A stretch of DNA of 64,000 bases. It comes from Arcobacteraceae bacterium. GTDB lineage: Bacteria > Campylobacterota > Campylobacteria > Campylobacterales > Arcobacteraceae. Of the stretch, positions 51,372 to 61,599 are shown in pieces. The stretch lies in NCBI GenBank assembly GCA_965224485.1, contig CBDCZH010000001.1, forward strand, positions 32,001-96,000. Reading direction: 5' to 3'. The notes beneath the pieces are model-generated. The model was not told the DNA's origin, did no database searches, and saw nothing but the letters and a program-made list of their open reading frames with translations. The position numbers and the translations under genes were made by a program. How positions within the stretch are numbered: position 1 is the first letter of the stretch; every line of letters begins with the position of its first letter.

Positions 51372-53040
51372 CTTCTTCTCCTTTTTTCTTATTTGAATGT
51401 ATTTCTTCATATAAGTTATATACAGGTTCACCTTTTTCATACTCATAAGGCTCAAAATCTATATAAGGAATGTTTTTAAAGTTCTCTAACGTAGGAGGAG
51501 AAGATATTTGCCATTCTAAAGTTGTTGCATTCCAAGGATTAGGCCCACATTTTTCTTCTGTTTTAAGAGATCTTAAAAGATTGTATAACATGTATAAAAT
51601 ACCTGCTATTGTAATAAATGCACCAATAGCAGCTATTTGATGATAAATAGTAAACTCAGGTAAATAATCAAAATAACGTCTAGGCATTCCTAATGCACCT
51701 GCTAGGAACATAGGGAACCAAAGAAGATTGAAACCTATAAAGATAAGGTAAAAAGCTACTTTTGCCTTTGTTTCGTTATACATAATACCTGTAAACTTTG
51801 GATACCAATAGTGCATTCCTGCAAAAAGCATAAATACAACACCACCAAAAATTGTATAGTGAAAATGAGCAACTACAAAGTATGTATCGTGTAAATGAAT
51901 ATCAACTCCAAGGGTAACTAATGTAATACCAGTTAATCCTCCAATAGCAAAAGTGATAATTGTTCCTAAAGCCCATAACATTGGAGTTTTTAAAACTATT
52001 GAACCTTTATACATGGTAGCAACCCAATCAAAGAACTTAATTCCTGTTGGAATAGATACAAAGAAGGTTAAAAAAGAAAAAATTATCTTAGTCCACTCGC
52101 TCATACCAGAAGTAAATAAATGATGTCCCCATACTAAATAACCAATAATTGCAATTAAAGCAGATGAAATAGCTATTGATCTATAACCAAAAATCGTACG
52201 TCTACAAAAAGTAGGAAGAATCTCAGACATAATTCCAAAAGCTGGTAAAATCATCAAATATACAGCTGGGTGAGAATAAATCCAAAAAAGATGCTGATAT
52301 AAAATAGGATCTCCACCCTTACTTGGATCAAAAATACCAATACCAAAGGTTTTTTCCAAAATTACTAAAACTAAGGTTATTCCAATAACAGGAGTTGCTA
52401 ATATTTGTATCCAAGCTGTTGAGTATAAACCCCAAACAAATAATGGCATCTTAAAAAAGTCCATACCAGGAGCTCTTAATCTATGAACAGTAACTACAAA
52501 ATTTATACCTGTTAAAATAGAAGCAAGTCCTAAAACATAAGCAGCACTTACAGCCATTATTACATTAGTATCTGTTTTAACACTATAAGGTGCATAAAAA
52601 GTCCAACCAGTATCAGCAAAACCTGCATCAAAGAAAAGTGAAAATAAAGCTAAGGCACAGCCAAGAAGATAAAACCACCAAGATAAAAGATTTAGCCTTG
52701 GAAAAGATACATCTCTAGCTCCTATTAATAAGGGAAGTAAAAAGTTACCAAAAACTGCTGGAATACCTGGAATTACAAATAAAAATATCATAATTGTTCC
52801 ATGTAAGGTAAAAGCTTGATTGTATTGATCTGGGCTTAGTATTTGCTCTCCTGGATAAAAAAGCTCTAACCTCATAGTAAGAGCAACAGACATAGCAATA
52901 ATGAAAAATATCATCATAACAAGTAAATATAAAAGTGCTATTCTTTTATGATCAATGGAAAAAATCCATTGCAATAATTTATTTTCATGATGTCCAAAAA
53001 CAGTATGTGTATTAGAGTAAAAACTATTTGTATTATCCAT
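51364..53040 (-). CDS. coxA: heme-copper oxidase subunit I, type A2
   Basis: DHKRI, HGTIM, GWTFY.P, WIYSHPAVY, WGHH, LHDTYFVVAHFHY, GMPRR. Confidence 0.96.
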   Translation of the reverse strand: MDNTNSFYSNTHTVFGHHENKLLQWIFSIDHKRIALLYLLVMMIFFIIAMSVALTMRLELFYPGEQILSPDQYNQAFTLHGTIMIFLFVIPGIPAVFGNFLLPLLIGARDVSFPRLNLLSWWFYLLGCALALFSLFFDAGFADTGWTFYAPYSVKTDTNVIMAVSAAYVLGLASILTGINFVVTVHRLRAPGMDFFKMPLFVWGLYSTAWIQILATPVIGITLVLVILEKTFGIGIFDPSKGGDPILYQHLFWIYSHPAVYLMILPAFGIMSEILPTFCRRTIFGYRSIAISSALIAIIGYLVWGHHLFTSGMSEWTKIIFSFLTFFVSIPTGIKFFDWVATMYKGSIVLKTPMLWALGTIITFAIGGLTGITLVTLGVDIHLHDTYFVVAHFHYTIFGGVVFMLFAGMHYWYPKFTGIMYNETKAKVAFYLIFIGFNLLWFPMFLAGALGMPRRYFDYLPEFTIYHQIAAIGAFITIAGILYMLYNLLRSLKTEEKCGPNPWNATTLEWQISSPPTLENFKNIPYIDFEPYEYEKGEPVYNLYEEIHSNKKKGEEDD

Positions 53041-53043
53041 CTT

Positions 53044-53823
53044 TTAATCCTTCTTCTTTTTGTTGTTTCGTCCTGTTTTAATTAAATATATAAAAAATAT
53101 TAAGATTAGTAAGAGCATAATAGTTCCTATAATCTTTTCTAGTTGAAAAACATAGGTTTTACTCTTGGCATCATAAGCAAAACAGTAAAGTAATGCTTTT
53201 GCAATAGTTGGACCTGTATTTTCTTTATTTGCTTCTAATAAGGCTAGTTTTAAATCAAATGGCAAAAAATCAATACCATTTAAATACCTAGAAATTTTTC
53301 CCTTAGGAGAAATAACCATAATAACTCCAGGGTGCAAATAATCAACAACTCCATCTTTCATTCTTTTTTCATATTTATAACCTAAAGAATCAGAAAGTTC
53401 ATCTATAATTTTTTGATTCTTAGTACTTAGAAAACTCCAAGTTTGAGGAGGAAATGATTTTTTGATTGTTTTAAGTATTGATTCTTTTTTCTTCATAGCA
53501 TCAAAAGGTGTATCTTGCGTTTCTATACTTACCGTTATTACTTTATAATCAGTATATGGTTTTAAATCTAGTTTATTTAATGTTGAAGCTAAGGCATAAA
53601 GCTGAGGTGAGCAAATACCAGGGCATTTAAAATAATTTAGTGTTAAAATTGTTGCTTTATTAGAAAAAGATTCTTTAAGAGATTTTTCTTGCTTATATTC
53701 ATTTGTAAAAAGAAGTTCTAAATTTATTTTTTCACCTAAATGCTCATAAACACCTATTTGTTTATTCCCATATATAAGTGAAGTGAAAAACAGAAGAAAA
53801 ATTAAAAGTTTTTTTACTAACAT
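53044..53823 (-). CDS. SCO family copper chaperone
   Basis: YFKCPGIC (CxxxC), conserved His (YLHP), GKISRYL, C-terminal TM. Confidence 0.9.
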   Translation of the reverse strand: MLVKKLLIFLLFFTSLIYGNKQIGVYEHLGEKINLELLFTNEYKQEKSLKESFSNKATILTLNYFKCPGICSPQLYALASTLNKLDLKPYTDYKVITVSIETQDTPFDAMKKKESILKTIKKSFPPQTWSFLSTKNQKIIDELSDSLGYKYEKRMKDGVVDYLHPGVIMVISPKGKISRYLNGIDFLPFDLKLALLEANKENTGPTIAKALLYCFAYDAKSKTYVFQLEKIIGTIMLLLILIFFIYLIKTGRNNKKKKD

Positions 53824-53908
53824 ATGTACTCCTATTTACTGTTACTTTAAAATTATTATAAAAATAATAACATAAGTTATTAAAGTAAACATAGGAATTA
53901 AAAATTAG

Positions 53909-55207
53909 TTAATTTATTAATAATTCTTTAAATTTTCTAAAACCAAAACTTTTAATAGTTAAAAAGAAAAGAATAAAACCACTTAAAGAAGAAGCTAAAG
54001 CAAGACCAGCAGCCCCATAAGGTTTAATTAAAATAAGAGAAAAAACTATATTAAAACTCAAAGAAATTATAGATATCTTAGCTGCTAAAAACTGTTTTTC
54101 GTGAGAATATAACCAAAGTGAAAAAATCTTAGCAATACCATAAGGAATAAGACCTAATAAATACATAGCTAAAATCAAGGCAGTACTTAATGTATCTTTT
54201 TGCAAAAAAGCACCTCTTTGAAATAATAGTTCAATAATAAACTCATTAAAAACAATACCTATAAATGTTGAAATAAGTAAAAAACTTGTAAGAATAAAAG
54301 TAGATTTCTTCATAAGTCTCAAGGCTTTTTTTTCATCTTTATTTTTTATACATCTTGCTACCATTGGAAATAAAGCCACTGTTGTTGCAATAGCAAATAA
54401 GGCAAGAGGTAATTGGAAAACTCTATTTGCATAATATATATAAGAAATACTTCCTGTTGCTAAAAAAGAAGCTAACCAAGTATCTAAAAAAGCTGATATA
54501 TTTGCAGTTGAACTACCTAAGGAAGCTGCTGCAAAGTTTTTATAAAATTTATTATTTGTAAAATCCATCTTTTTAAAAGTAAATATTTTTAATAAGTTTT
54601 TATTCTTCATAGCAATAATATGTACTAAAACTTGTAAAACACCACCTATAATTACAGCATAAGACATATAATAAGTAATAGTATATGCGTTCATATCTTT
54701 AGAGATTAATAGGGCTGTTATTAAAGAAAGATTTAATAAGGCAGTTGAAAAAGATGTTGTTGCAAAGTGATTTTTATATTGAAGTAGGGCAGCTATGAAA
54801 GTAACTATAAAAATCAAAGGTAAATAATAAAAATTTATAGCAACTAAAGGTGCTGCTAAAGCTATAGTGTCTTTATCAAAACCAAGAGCAATTATATGAG
54901 TAATAAAAGTAGATAATAAAGTAACTACAAGTGAAATAATCATAATAAAAACAATAAATTGTAAGAATATAGCGCTTGAAAATCTTATTTTATGTGTAGT
55001 TTTTGCATAAGCTGGTATAAAAGCTTGAGTAAAAGCACCTTCTGCAAAAATTCTTCTAAAAAGATTTGGTAATTTAAAAGCTACAAAGAAAATATCAGAA
55101 TATATATTAGCTCCTAAAATTGAAGCTGTTAGCAAATCTCTTATAAAACCTAAGACTCTTGAAAATAAAATACCAGAACTGTTTGTAAAAATTGATTTAA
55201 TTAACAT
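53909..55207 (-). CDS. murJ: lipid II flippase
   Basis: SRVLGFIRD, AFKLPNLFRRIFAEGAF, YYANRVFQLP, GLALASS. Confidence 0.96.
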   Translation of the reverse strand: MLIKSIFTNSSGILFSRVLGFIRDLLTASILGANIYSDIFFVAFKLPNLFRRIFAEGAFTQAFIPAYAKTTHKIRFSSAIFLQFIVFIMIISLVVTLLSTFITHIIALGFDKDTIALAAPLVAINFYYLPLIFIVTFIAALLQYKNHFATTSFSTALLNLSLITALLISKDMNAYTITYYMSYAVIIGGVLQVLVHIIAMKNKNLLKIFTFKKMDFTNNKFYKNFAAASLGSSTANISAFLDTWLASFLATGSISYIYYANRVFQLPLALFAIATTVALFPMVARCIKNKDEKKALRLMKKSTFILTSFLLISTFIGIVFNEFIIELLFQRGAFLQKDTLSTALILAMYLLGLIPYGIAKIFSLWLYSHEKQFLAAKISIISLSFNIVFSLILIKPYGAAGLALASSLSGFILFFLTIKSFGFRKFKELLIN

Positions 55208-56735
55208 TTATATCGCTTTTTTTATGAATTGTTATTTGCATTTTATCTTTATAAAAAGACAAATGAGCATTTATTATATTTACTTTTTGCCCATTTTTTG
55301 GTAAAAAACTCTTATTTCTTGAATAAACTCTTATTTTTCCATCTTTGAAGTAAAAATAATTATTTTTATATAAGGCTTTTTTATTAGTAATTATCTCATT
55401 TATATATTTTTTATTAAAAATATTTATATTCTTAGCATCTAAATATAGGTTTTTATATTTTTTATTAAAAGAATATTGTTTTATAACTTTTAGTTTTAAT
55501 ACTTCTTTTAAACCATTAAATTCAGCAATTTTCATAAGCTGTAAATCATAAGAAAAACCAAGCTTAAGATTATTTATATCTTTATACACAACAATAGCTC
55601 TATCTTTATACTTTTTTAAAATAACCAGGTTTTCACTTTTATATATTACACTTATATTTTTTAAGTTTATAGGATAGTTATAAGTGTTTTGTACATATAT
55701 CTCTCTTATATTGTTTATTTTATTTGTGTCTTTAATATATTCTTTACTTGAAAAACGTGCAATTATAGGTAAGTGATCTGAATATCCCTTTGCTTGATGT
55801 ACTTTGTTCTTCATTTTCCATCTATTTATTTTTCTTTTTTTTATTAGATAATTTGGAGTAAAAACTTTAAAAGAGTTATTTATATAAGAAATATTTTTAT
55901 TATCAAATAAAGAAGGAGCTAGTAAGATATTATCAGGGCTAGAGTTTCTTCCTCTATAAATATAAGAAAATCTGTTTTTATATAATAAATCTAACCATAA
56001 ATTATAATGAACTCTTTTTTTATAATCTAAGATAGAGTTTTTATTTACTAAAGTATTATTATAAGATGTATATATTACATCATTAATTGCAGTTAAATTT
56101 GAAGTATTGTTTAGCTTTTTATCATATAAAAAAGTTTCATTTTCATTATAGTTTGAATTAAAATCCCCTATAAGTACATAATCTATATCTTTTTGTATTT
56201 TTTTAATATGTTTATATAAAACAAGAGCATATTTAACTCTTATACTTTCTTTATTTCTTTTAGAAGGCCAGTGATTATTAAATACTATAAATTTTTTATT
56301 AAAAATCAAAACTGTGCTTTTAACTATTGCTCTATTAAATCTAGCATCTTTAATATTTAGAATTTCATTTTTTAGAATTTTATATTTTGAGAAAATACTT
56401 AATCCAATAGCTTGTTTTTTACTCTTATAAAAGTAGGAGTATTTATATTTTTTTAATCGTTTAAATAAGTCATTTGAGGCTTGTTGTGATTCGATTTCTT
56501 GTAAAAGTATAATATCAGCATCCAAATCAATTATAGTTTTAGATATATTTTTAAGTTTTGCCTGATAGCTTTTATAATTCCACTTAGATTTTGTATTTGG
56601 AATATACTCTTTATATTCACTTCTATCATGCTTTAAATCAAATAAATTTTCTACATTATAAGAAGCCAGAGTAAATTCTTGTGCAAAAGAAGATATAGTA
56701 AAAAAAAATAGTAATAAAATATATTTTAAAATCAT
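55197..56735 (-). CDS. secreted endonuclease/exonuclease/phosphatase family protein
   Basis: signal peptide, SYNVENLFD, LQEIE, NHWPS, GDFN, SDHLP. Confidence 0.9.
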   Translation of the reverse strand: MILKYILLLFFFTISSFAQEFTLASYNVENLFDLKHDRSEYKEYIPNTKSKWNYKSYQAKLKNISKTIIDLDADIILLQEIESQQASNDLFKRLKKYKYSYFYKSKKQAIGLSIFSKYKILKNEILNIKDARFNRAIVKSTVLIFNKKFIVFNNHWPSKRNKESIRVKYALVLYKHIKKIQKDIDYVLIGDFNSNYNENETFLYDKKLNNTSNLTAINDVIYTSYNNTLVNKNSILDYKKRVHYNLWLDLLYKNRFSYIYRGRNSSPDNILLAPSLFDNKNISYINNSFKVFTPNYLIKKRKINRWKMKNKVHQAKGYSDHLPIIARFSSKEYIKDTNKINNIREIYVQNTYNYPINLKNISVIYKSENLVILKKYKDRAIVVYKDINNLKLGFSYDLQLMKIAEFNGLKEVLKLKVIKQYSFNKKYKNLYLDAKNINIFNKKYINEIITNKKALYKNNYFYFKDGKIRVYSRNKSFLPKNGQKVNIINAHLSFYKDKMQITIHKKSDINVN

Positions 56736-56790
56736 ATGTCATTTTAGCAAATTATGGTTTGTTTAAGTATAAGAAAATCTAAGATAGTTT

Positions 56791-56820
56791 AAAAGCTGTA
56801 TGATTTCTCATACAGCTTAT
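56791..56820 (-). terminator. terminator after rubrerythrin gene
   Basis: aagctgtatga / tcatacagctt stem immediately after the stop. Confidence 0.7.
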
Positions 56821-56822
56821 TT

Positions 56823-57476
56823 TTATTTTTTAGAATTAAGTCTTGATTGATATTCTTGAGGGTGTTTACAAACTGGGCATACTTTAGGTGCTTTCTTTCC
56901 TCTGTGAATATGACCACAGACTTCACATAACCACTCTTCATCTTCATCTTCACTTATATGTTCCGCTCCATCTTCTAAGCGTTTTAATAACATTCTATAC
57001 ATGTTTTCATGTTCAATTTCTATTTTTCCAATTGCTGTTAAAATTCTAGCTTCTTCTTTATGTCCTTCTTCTTTAGCAATTGCAGCAAAATCTGGGTACA
57101 TAGTAATATTTTCATATGATTCCCCTTCTATAGCATAGATAAGATTTTCTCTAGTATCTCCAAACTCTTTACCTATAGTCATTTTATTATAAAATTTTAA
57201 TTCTAGTTTAGCATGCATTCTTTCATTTGTGGCAGCTCGTAAAAAATGTTCAGCTATATCTCTAAAACCTTCTTTTTGTGCAATTTTTGCAAAATACTCA
57301 TACTTGTTTCTAGCCATTGATTCACCAGCAAAAGCTTTCATCAAATTTACTTGTGTCAAATCTTTAGTAGTCATTTGCATAACTTGTCCACAGCATTGAA
57401 GCTCTCCACCACCAACATTTTGTACTTCTACTACATTCCCACATTTTTCACATGTATACGATTCATATAATCTCAT
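56823..57476 (-). CDS. rubrerythrin with N-terminal desulforedoxin-like domain (Rrc-like)
   Basis: CEKC..CC N-terminus, AFAGES.AR, ExxH di-iron motifs, C-terminal CEVC...CPVC. Confidence 0.92.
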   Translation of the reverse strand: MRLYESYTCEKCGNVVEVQNVGGGELQCCGQVMQMTTKDLTQVNLMKAFAGESMARNKYEYFAKIAQKEGFRDIAEHFLRAATNERMHAKLELKFYNKMTIGKEFGDTRENLIYAIEGESYENITMYPDFAAIAKEEGHKEEARILTAIGKIEIEHENMYRMLLKRLEDGAEHISEDEDEEWLCEVCGHIHRGKKAPKVCPVCKHPQEYQSRLNSKK

Positions 57477-57694
57477 TTTCTTTTCCTTTGTATAATTTTT
57501 ATTAAAAGATAATCTTTTTCCTTTGTAATTATATTCATTATTTCTTAAAGGAAAATTATTATCTATTGATAATATGTTTTTTTAACTAACAAAGTCAATA
57601 AATTTTGTAAACTTGTCTTAATTATTGTACTTTATAATATATTTTAAATAAATTATCAAGTATTATTATAGCATTTAAAAAAAAGGAGGCAATT

Positions 57695-58096
57695 ATGAAT
57701 TATGCCCATTTATTAAAAGAGTATAATTTAAAAGTTACACCTCAAAGATTAGCAATAGTAGAAGAGCTATATTACAAAGGTCATATGAATATAGATGATT
57801 TATATAAAACTTTATTAATAAAGTTTCCATCTATCTCTTTAGCAACAATATATAAAAATATTAACTCTATGTTAGAAAAAATTTTTTTAAATGAAGTTAA
57901 AATACCAAATAAAAAATCAGTTTATGAATTGAAAAAAGATGAACATTCTCATGTTATTTGTAAATCATGTAATAGTATAATTGATGTTACTTTAGATACT
58001 TCAACGCTTTCAGCTAAAGCAAGCGAGCTTACAAGTTATACTTTAGATCAAAGTTCAGTGATATTTTCAGGTCTTTGTTCTTCTTGTTCTAAATAA
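57695..58096 (+). CDS. perR: Fur-family regulator, PerR-like
   Basis: TPQR, SLATIYKN, HSHVICKSC, C-terminal CxxC; divergent from rubrerythrin. Confidence 0.8.
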   Translation: MNYAHLLKEYNLKVTPQRLAIVEELYYKGHMNIDDLYKTLLIKFPSISLATIYKNINSMLEKIFLNEVKIPNKKSVYELKKDEHSHVICKSCNSIIDVTLDTSTLSAKASELTSYTLDQSSVIFSGLCSSCSK

Positions 58097-58117
58097 TCAT
58101 TTGATTATTTAGAACAA
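58085..58117. terminator. hairpin between perR and the antiporter gene
   Basis: ttgttctaaataatca / tgattattttagaacaa imperfect stem. Confidence 0.55.
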
Positions 58118-58151
58118 TTCTTTAACCATAATTTTAAGTATTTATATACCC

Positions 58152-59069
58152 TTATAAGGCATTTTGAAAAAATAGTGCTAAAACAACTAATAAAACAATT
58201 CCTGCACTTTTATTATAAAGTTTATTAGCTGTTATAAAAACAAGCATTAGTGATAAAACAAAAGCTGTTGCAATATCAAAGAAATTTGCCGATAAATCTA
58301 CATTTAAAGGGTTAACAAGAGAACTAAGCCCTAAAACCATAGTGAAGTTTGCAACATTTGATCCAATAATATTTCCTATTGCCAAATCAGAGTTATTACT
58401 AAGAGCTGCTTTAATAGAAATAGTAAGTTCAGGTAAAGATGTTCCAAATGCTACTAAAAATAGTCCAATTAACCATTCACTAATTCCAAAGTCTCTTGCT
58501 ATATTTTCAGCACTTTGTATTGCAAAATCTGCACCTACAATAGTGAAAATAAAACCAACTAGTAATAACAATGCAGTTTTCTTCCACGCAAATTTATCTT
58601 TATCATCTTCTTCATCATTCTGTTCAACTTGATCAGAAGAGATTAAAAATATCAAATAAGCAAGCATTAAAACTAAGAATAAAAAACCATCAAAAGCTGA
58701 AAGTTCCCCATCAATAGACATTATTATAAAAATAAGAATTGGAAATAAAGACCAGGCTGAATCTTTAGCAAAAAGATCTCTTTTAGGAATTATTTTTTTA
58801 GAAATTATAAATACAACTGCTAAAACTAAAGAAATATTAAAAATTGTACTTCCTATTACATTAGCAACAGCAATATCTCCACTTCCTTGTAATGAAGCAG
58901 ATATTGATACAGCCATTTCTGGTAATGAAGTTCCAAGGGCTACTAAAGTAGCTCCTATTACAAAAGGTGAAATTTTATAATGAAGTGCAATTTTTTCACT
59001 TTGATTAATTATAAAATCAGCACCAAAAACAAGTGCAGCCATTGAAACTATGAAAATTAATAAATCCAT
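58152..59069 (-). CDS. calcium/sodium antiporter (YrbG-like)
   Basis: two alpha repeats GTSLPE...GS..N. Confidence 0.93.
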   Translation of the reverse strand: MDLLIFIVSMAALVFGADFIINQSEKIALHYKISPFVIGATLVALGTSLPEMAVSISASLQGSGDIAVANVIGSTIFNISLVLAVVFIISKKIIPKRDLFAKDSAWSLFPILIFIIMSIDGELSAFDGFLFLVLMLAYLIFLISSDQVEQNDEEDDKDKFAWKKTALLLLVGFIFTIVGADFAIQSAENIARDFGISEWLIGLFLVAFGTSLPELTISIKAALSNNSDLAIGNIIGSNVANFTMVLGLSSLVNPLNVDLSANFFDIATAFVLSLMLVFITANKLYNKSAGIVLLVVLALFFQNAL

Positions 59070-59070
59070 T

Positions 59071-59490
59071 TTATGTATTCCTTATTATTAAACTATTTGG
59101 CAAGTTAAACTTTTTTATTAACTCTTCTTCTTTACTTCTATGCTCACCTGTATCTATTTCATGGTCATATTTTAATAAATGCAATAAACCATGAATAAAA
59201 AGTAAACTTAGCTCTTCTTGTTTTGTATGTTTATACTCTTTTGCTTTTTGTTCTACAAATTCGTATGAAATAACTATAGAACCTAAAGGCATAGTAGGTA
59301 AGTCGAAATCTAGAGGAAATGATAAAACGTCAGTAGGAGAATTTTTTGCTCTATGCTCTTTATTTAAACCTTGAATTTCTTCATTTTTAGTGATAATTAA
59401 TTCAAGGTCTTTAGGGCTTAAAGACTTAAGTATATCTTCTAAGAGCGTAATATCTAAATCAAAACCATATTCATTATCTAAGTCAATCAA
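59071..59490 (-). CDS. ybeY: rRNA maturation endoribonuclease
   Basis: TDVLSFP, HGLLHLLKYDH. Confidence 0.95.
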   Translation of the reverse strand: MIDLDNEYGFDLDITLLEDILKSLSPKDLELIITKNEEIQGLNKEHRAKNSPTDVLSFPLDFDLPTMPLGSIVISYEFVEQKAKEYKHTKQEELSLLFIHGLLHLLKYDHEIDTGEHRSKEEELIKKFNLPNSLIIRNT

Positions 59491-59559
59491 GTTTATTTGC
59501 CTTTATTTTTGCGAATAATACCCAATAATACCCAATTAACTTATAAAAATAAAGACTAG

Positions 59560-60909
59560 TTAGAAGAGTTCAATCATTTTTGAAACTTCATCAACAACAA
59601 AAGTTTTGATTTTTAGTTTTATATTTGGTTTTTGTGCAATGATTGCCTTAGTTAAACCTTGTGCTTGTATCTCTTTTAGTCTTATATCCATAGAAAAAAC
59701 ATCTTTGATTTCACCAGTTAAAGAAACTTCGCCTATAAAAGCGGACTCTTTAGATATTGGTCTATCTCTAAAAGATGAAATAATAGCTGCAATTACTGCT
59801 AAATCAACAGAAGACTCTTTTATTTTAATTCCACCACTTATATTTATAAAAACATCATAGTTATTTAAAGGAAGGTCTAGTTTCTTCTCTAAAAGTGCTA
59901 AAAGCATGTTTAATCTATTTAAATCAAATCCAGTTGTACTTCTTTTAGGGTTTGGGTACGTACTTTCACTAACTAAGGCTTGAACTTCTAAAATAATAGC
60001 TCGTGTTCCTTCAATAGCAACAGTTAAAGCAGAACCAGCCTGTGCTTTACTTTTGTCAAAAAACTTTGAAGCTATATCTTTAGCACTAACTAATCCTTCA
60101 TTCGTCATCTCAAAAATACCTATTTCAGATGTTGCTCCAAATCTATTTTTAAAAGCTCTTAACATTCTAATCTCTTTATTAGACTCACCTTCAAAATATA
60201 AAACAACATCAACCATATGTTCTAGTACTCTAGGACCCGCAATTGAACCATCTTTTGTAATATGGCCTATTATAAACATAGCAATATTAGACTCTTTTGC
60301 TTTTCTCATAAGTTCAAAAGTTATCTCTCTTACTTGTGAGACTGAACCAGGTGAGCTTGTTAGGTTTGAGGAGTATATGGTTTGAATTGAATCAATAATT
60401 ACTACTTCATAATTTTGTCTTAAAAGTTCATCTTGAATTTCTTCTAATTTTATCTCTGAGAGTAAAAAAAGATTAGCACTATTTGAATCTAATCTATTTG
60501 ATCTTAGTTTTATCTGCCCCGCACTCTCTTCTCCTGAAACATATAATATTTTTTTACCAGCTTTTGCAATATTTCCTGCAATTTTAAGTAAAAGTGTTGA
60601 TTTTCCAACTCCAGGACTCCCTCCTATTAGTGTTAAACTACCAGGAACAATTCCTCCTCCTAAAACTAAATCAAACTCTTCATTATTACTTGAGAATCTT
60701 TGCACATCATCTTGTTTAACTTCAGTTATTGGTTTTGCTTTACTAGAACTTGAGCTTACTTTAGAAGTTTGTTTTAAAACTTCTTGTTGATCTTGATTTA
60801 ATTCCATAAATGAATCCCAAGAACCACAAGATGGACATTTTCCTAACCATTTTGCTGTTTGTTCTCCACATCCTTGACATTCAAATAGAGATGTTTTTTT
60901 CTTAGCCAT
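59560..60909 (-). CDS. radA: DNA repair protein RadA/Sms
   Basis: C4 zinc finger, GSPGVGKST, KNRFG. Confidence 0.97.
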   Translation of the reverse strand: MAKKKTSLFECQGCGEQTAKWLGKCPSCGSWDSFMELNQDQQEVLKQTSKVSSSSSKAKPITEVKQDDVQRFSSNNEEFDLVLGGGIVPGSLTLIGGSPGVGKSTLLLKIAGNIAKAGKKILYVSGEESAGQIKLRSNRLDSNSANLFLLSEIKLEEIQDELLRQNYEVVIIDSIQTIYSSNLTSSPGSVSQVREITFELMRKAKESNIAMFIIGHITKDGSIAGPRVLEHMVDVVLYFEGESNKEIRMLRAFKNRFGATSEIGIFEMTNEGLVSAKDIASKFFDKSKAQAGSALTVAIEGTRAIILEVQALVSESTYPNPKRSTTGFDLNRLNMLLALLEKKLDLPLNNYDVFINISGGIKIKESSVDLAVIAAIISSFRDRPISKESAFIGEVSLTGEIKDVFSMDIRLKEIQAQGLTKAIIAQKPNIKLKIKTFVVDEVSKMIELF

Positions 60910-61010
60910 TATAAACCTTTTATATTATTACTGTAATAATACAAGAACTTTTAAAAAAAAAGTAAAAATATTTCATTTTGTAAGAAATTTTTTTATTATT
61001 AGGATTTATT

Positions 61011-61568
61011 ATGATTATTTATATTCATGGTTTTGCATCTTCTGGACTGGGAGGAAAAGCAAAACTTTTCAAAGAAGAGTTTAAAGATGAAATTATTTTG
61101 CCTTCATTATCTTATGTTCCTAGTTTAGCTATTAATACTTTAGAGCAATTAATAGAGTCTTTTTTAAATTTAGATGAAAAAGTAAGTTTAATTGGCTCTT
61201 CTTTAGGAGGTTTCTATTGTCTTTATTTAGCAAGTAAGTATAATCTAAAAGCAGTTTTAATTAACCCTGCTATAAAACCTTATAAAACACTAGATAAAAT
61301 TGGTTTACAAACAAATTATTTTGATTTTAGTTCATTTGAAGTAAAAGAAGAGCACATGATTTTTTTAAAAACTATAAAAGTGAACATAAAAAATAGTATT
61401 AAAGAAGAAAACTTTTTACTCTTAGTGCAAAAAGCTGATGAAGTTTTAGATTATAAAGAAGCTCTAGATTTTTTACCAAAAGCTACTTTATTTTTAGAAG
61501 ATGGTGGAAATCATAGTTTTAAAAATATTAAAAGCCACTTTTTAAACATAAAAAACTTTTTACAATAG
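61011..61568 (+). CDS. YqiA/YcfP-family alpha/beta hydrolase
   Basis: YIHGFASS, GSSLGG, INPA, DEVLD, GGNHSF. Confidence 0.92.
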   Translation: MIIYIHGFASSGLGGKAKLFKEEFKDEIILPSLSYVPSLAINTLEQLIESFLNLDEKVSLIGSSLGGFYCLYLASKYNLKAVLINPAIKPYKTLDKIGLQTNYFDFSSFEVKEEHMIFLKTIKVNIKNSIKEENFLLLVQKADEVLDYKEALDFLPKATLFLEDGGNHSFKNIKSHFLNIKNFLQ

Positions 61569-61599
61569 TTTTTTATGCTTAATATTTTTTGTATCTTTA

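Noticed and set aside
51372..51455. ORF-track N-terminal extensions of coxC (also coxB 50391-50441, relB/dinJ 33055-33114, and 32511-32576)
   Set aside because: Most overlap the upstream gene, and in each case a downstream ATG has a clear RBS.
57495..57580. PerR/Fur box between rubrerythrin and perR
   Set aside because: AT-rich palindromes such as aaaagataatctttt exist and regulation is plausible, but a site cannot be told from background by eye.
59514..59537. 10-bp tandem duplication (aataataccc)
   Set aside because: Only two copies in an intergenic spacer; no supportable function.
2463..60385. Short ORFs nested in or antisense to long genes (e.g. 2463-2690, 13093-13377, 20454-20714, 39250-39570, 49069-49386, 60053-60385)
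   Set aside because: Shadow frames of well-supported genes with no motifs.
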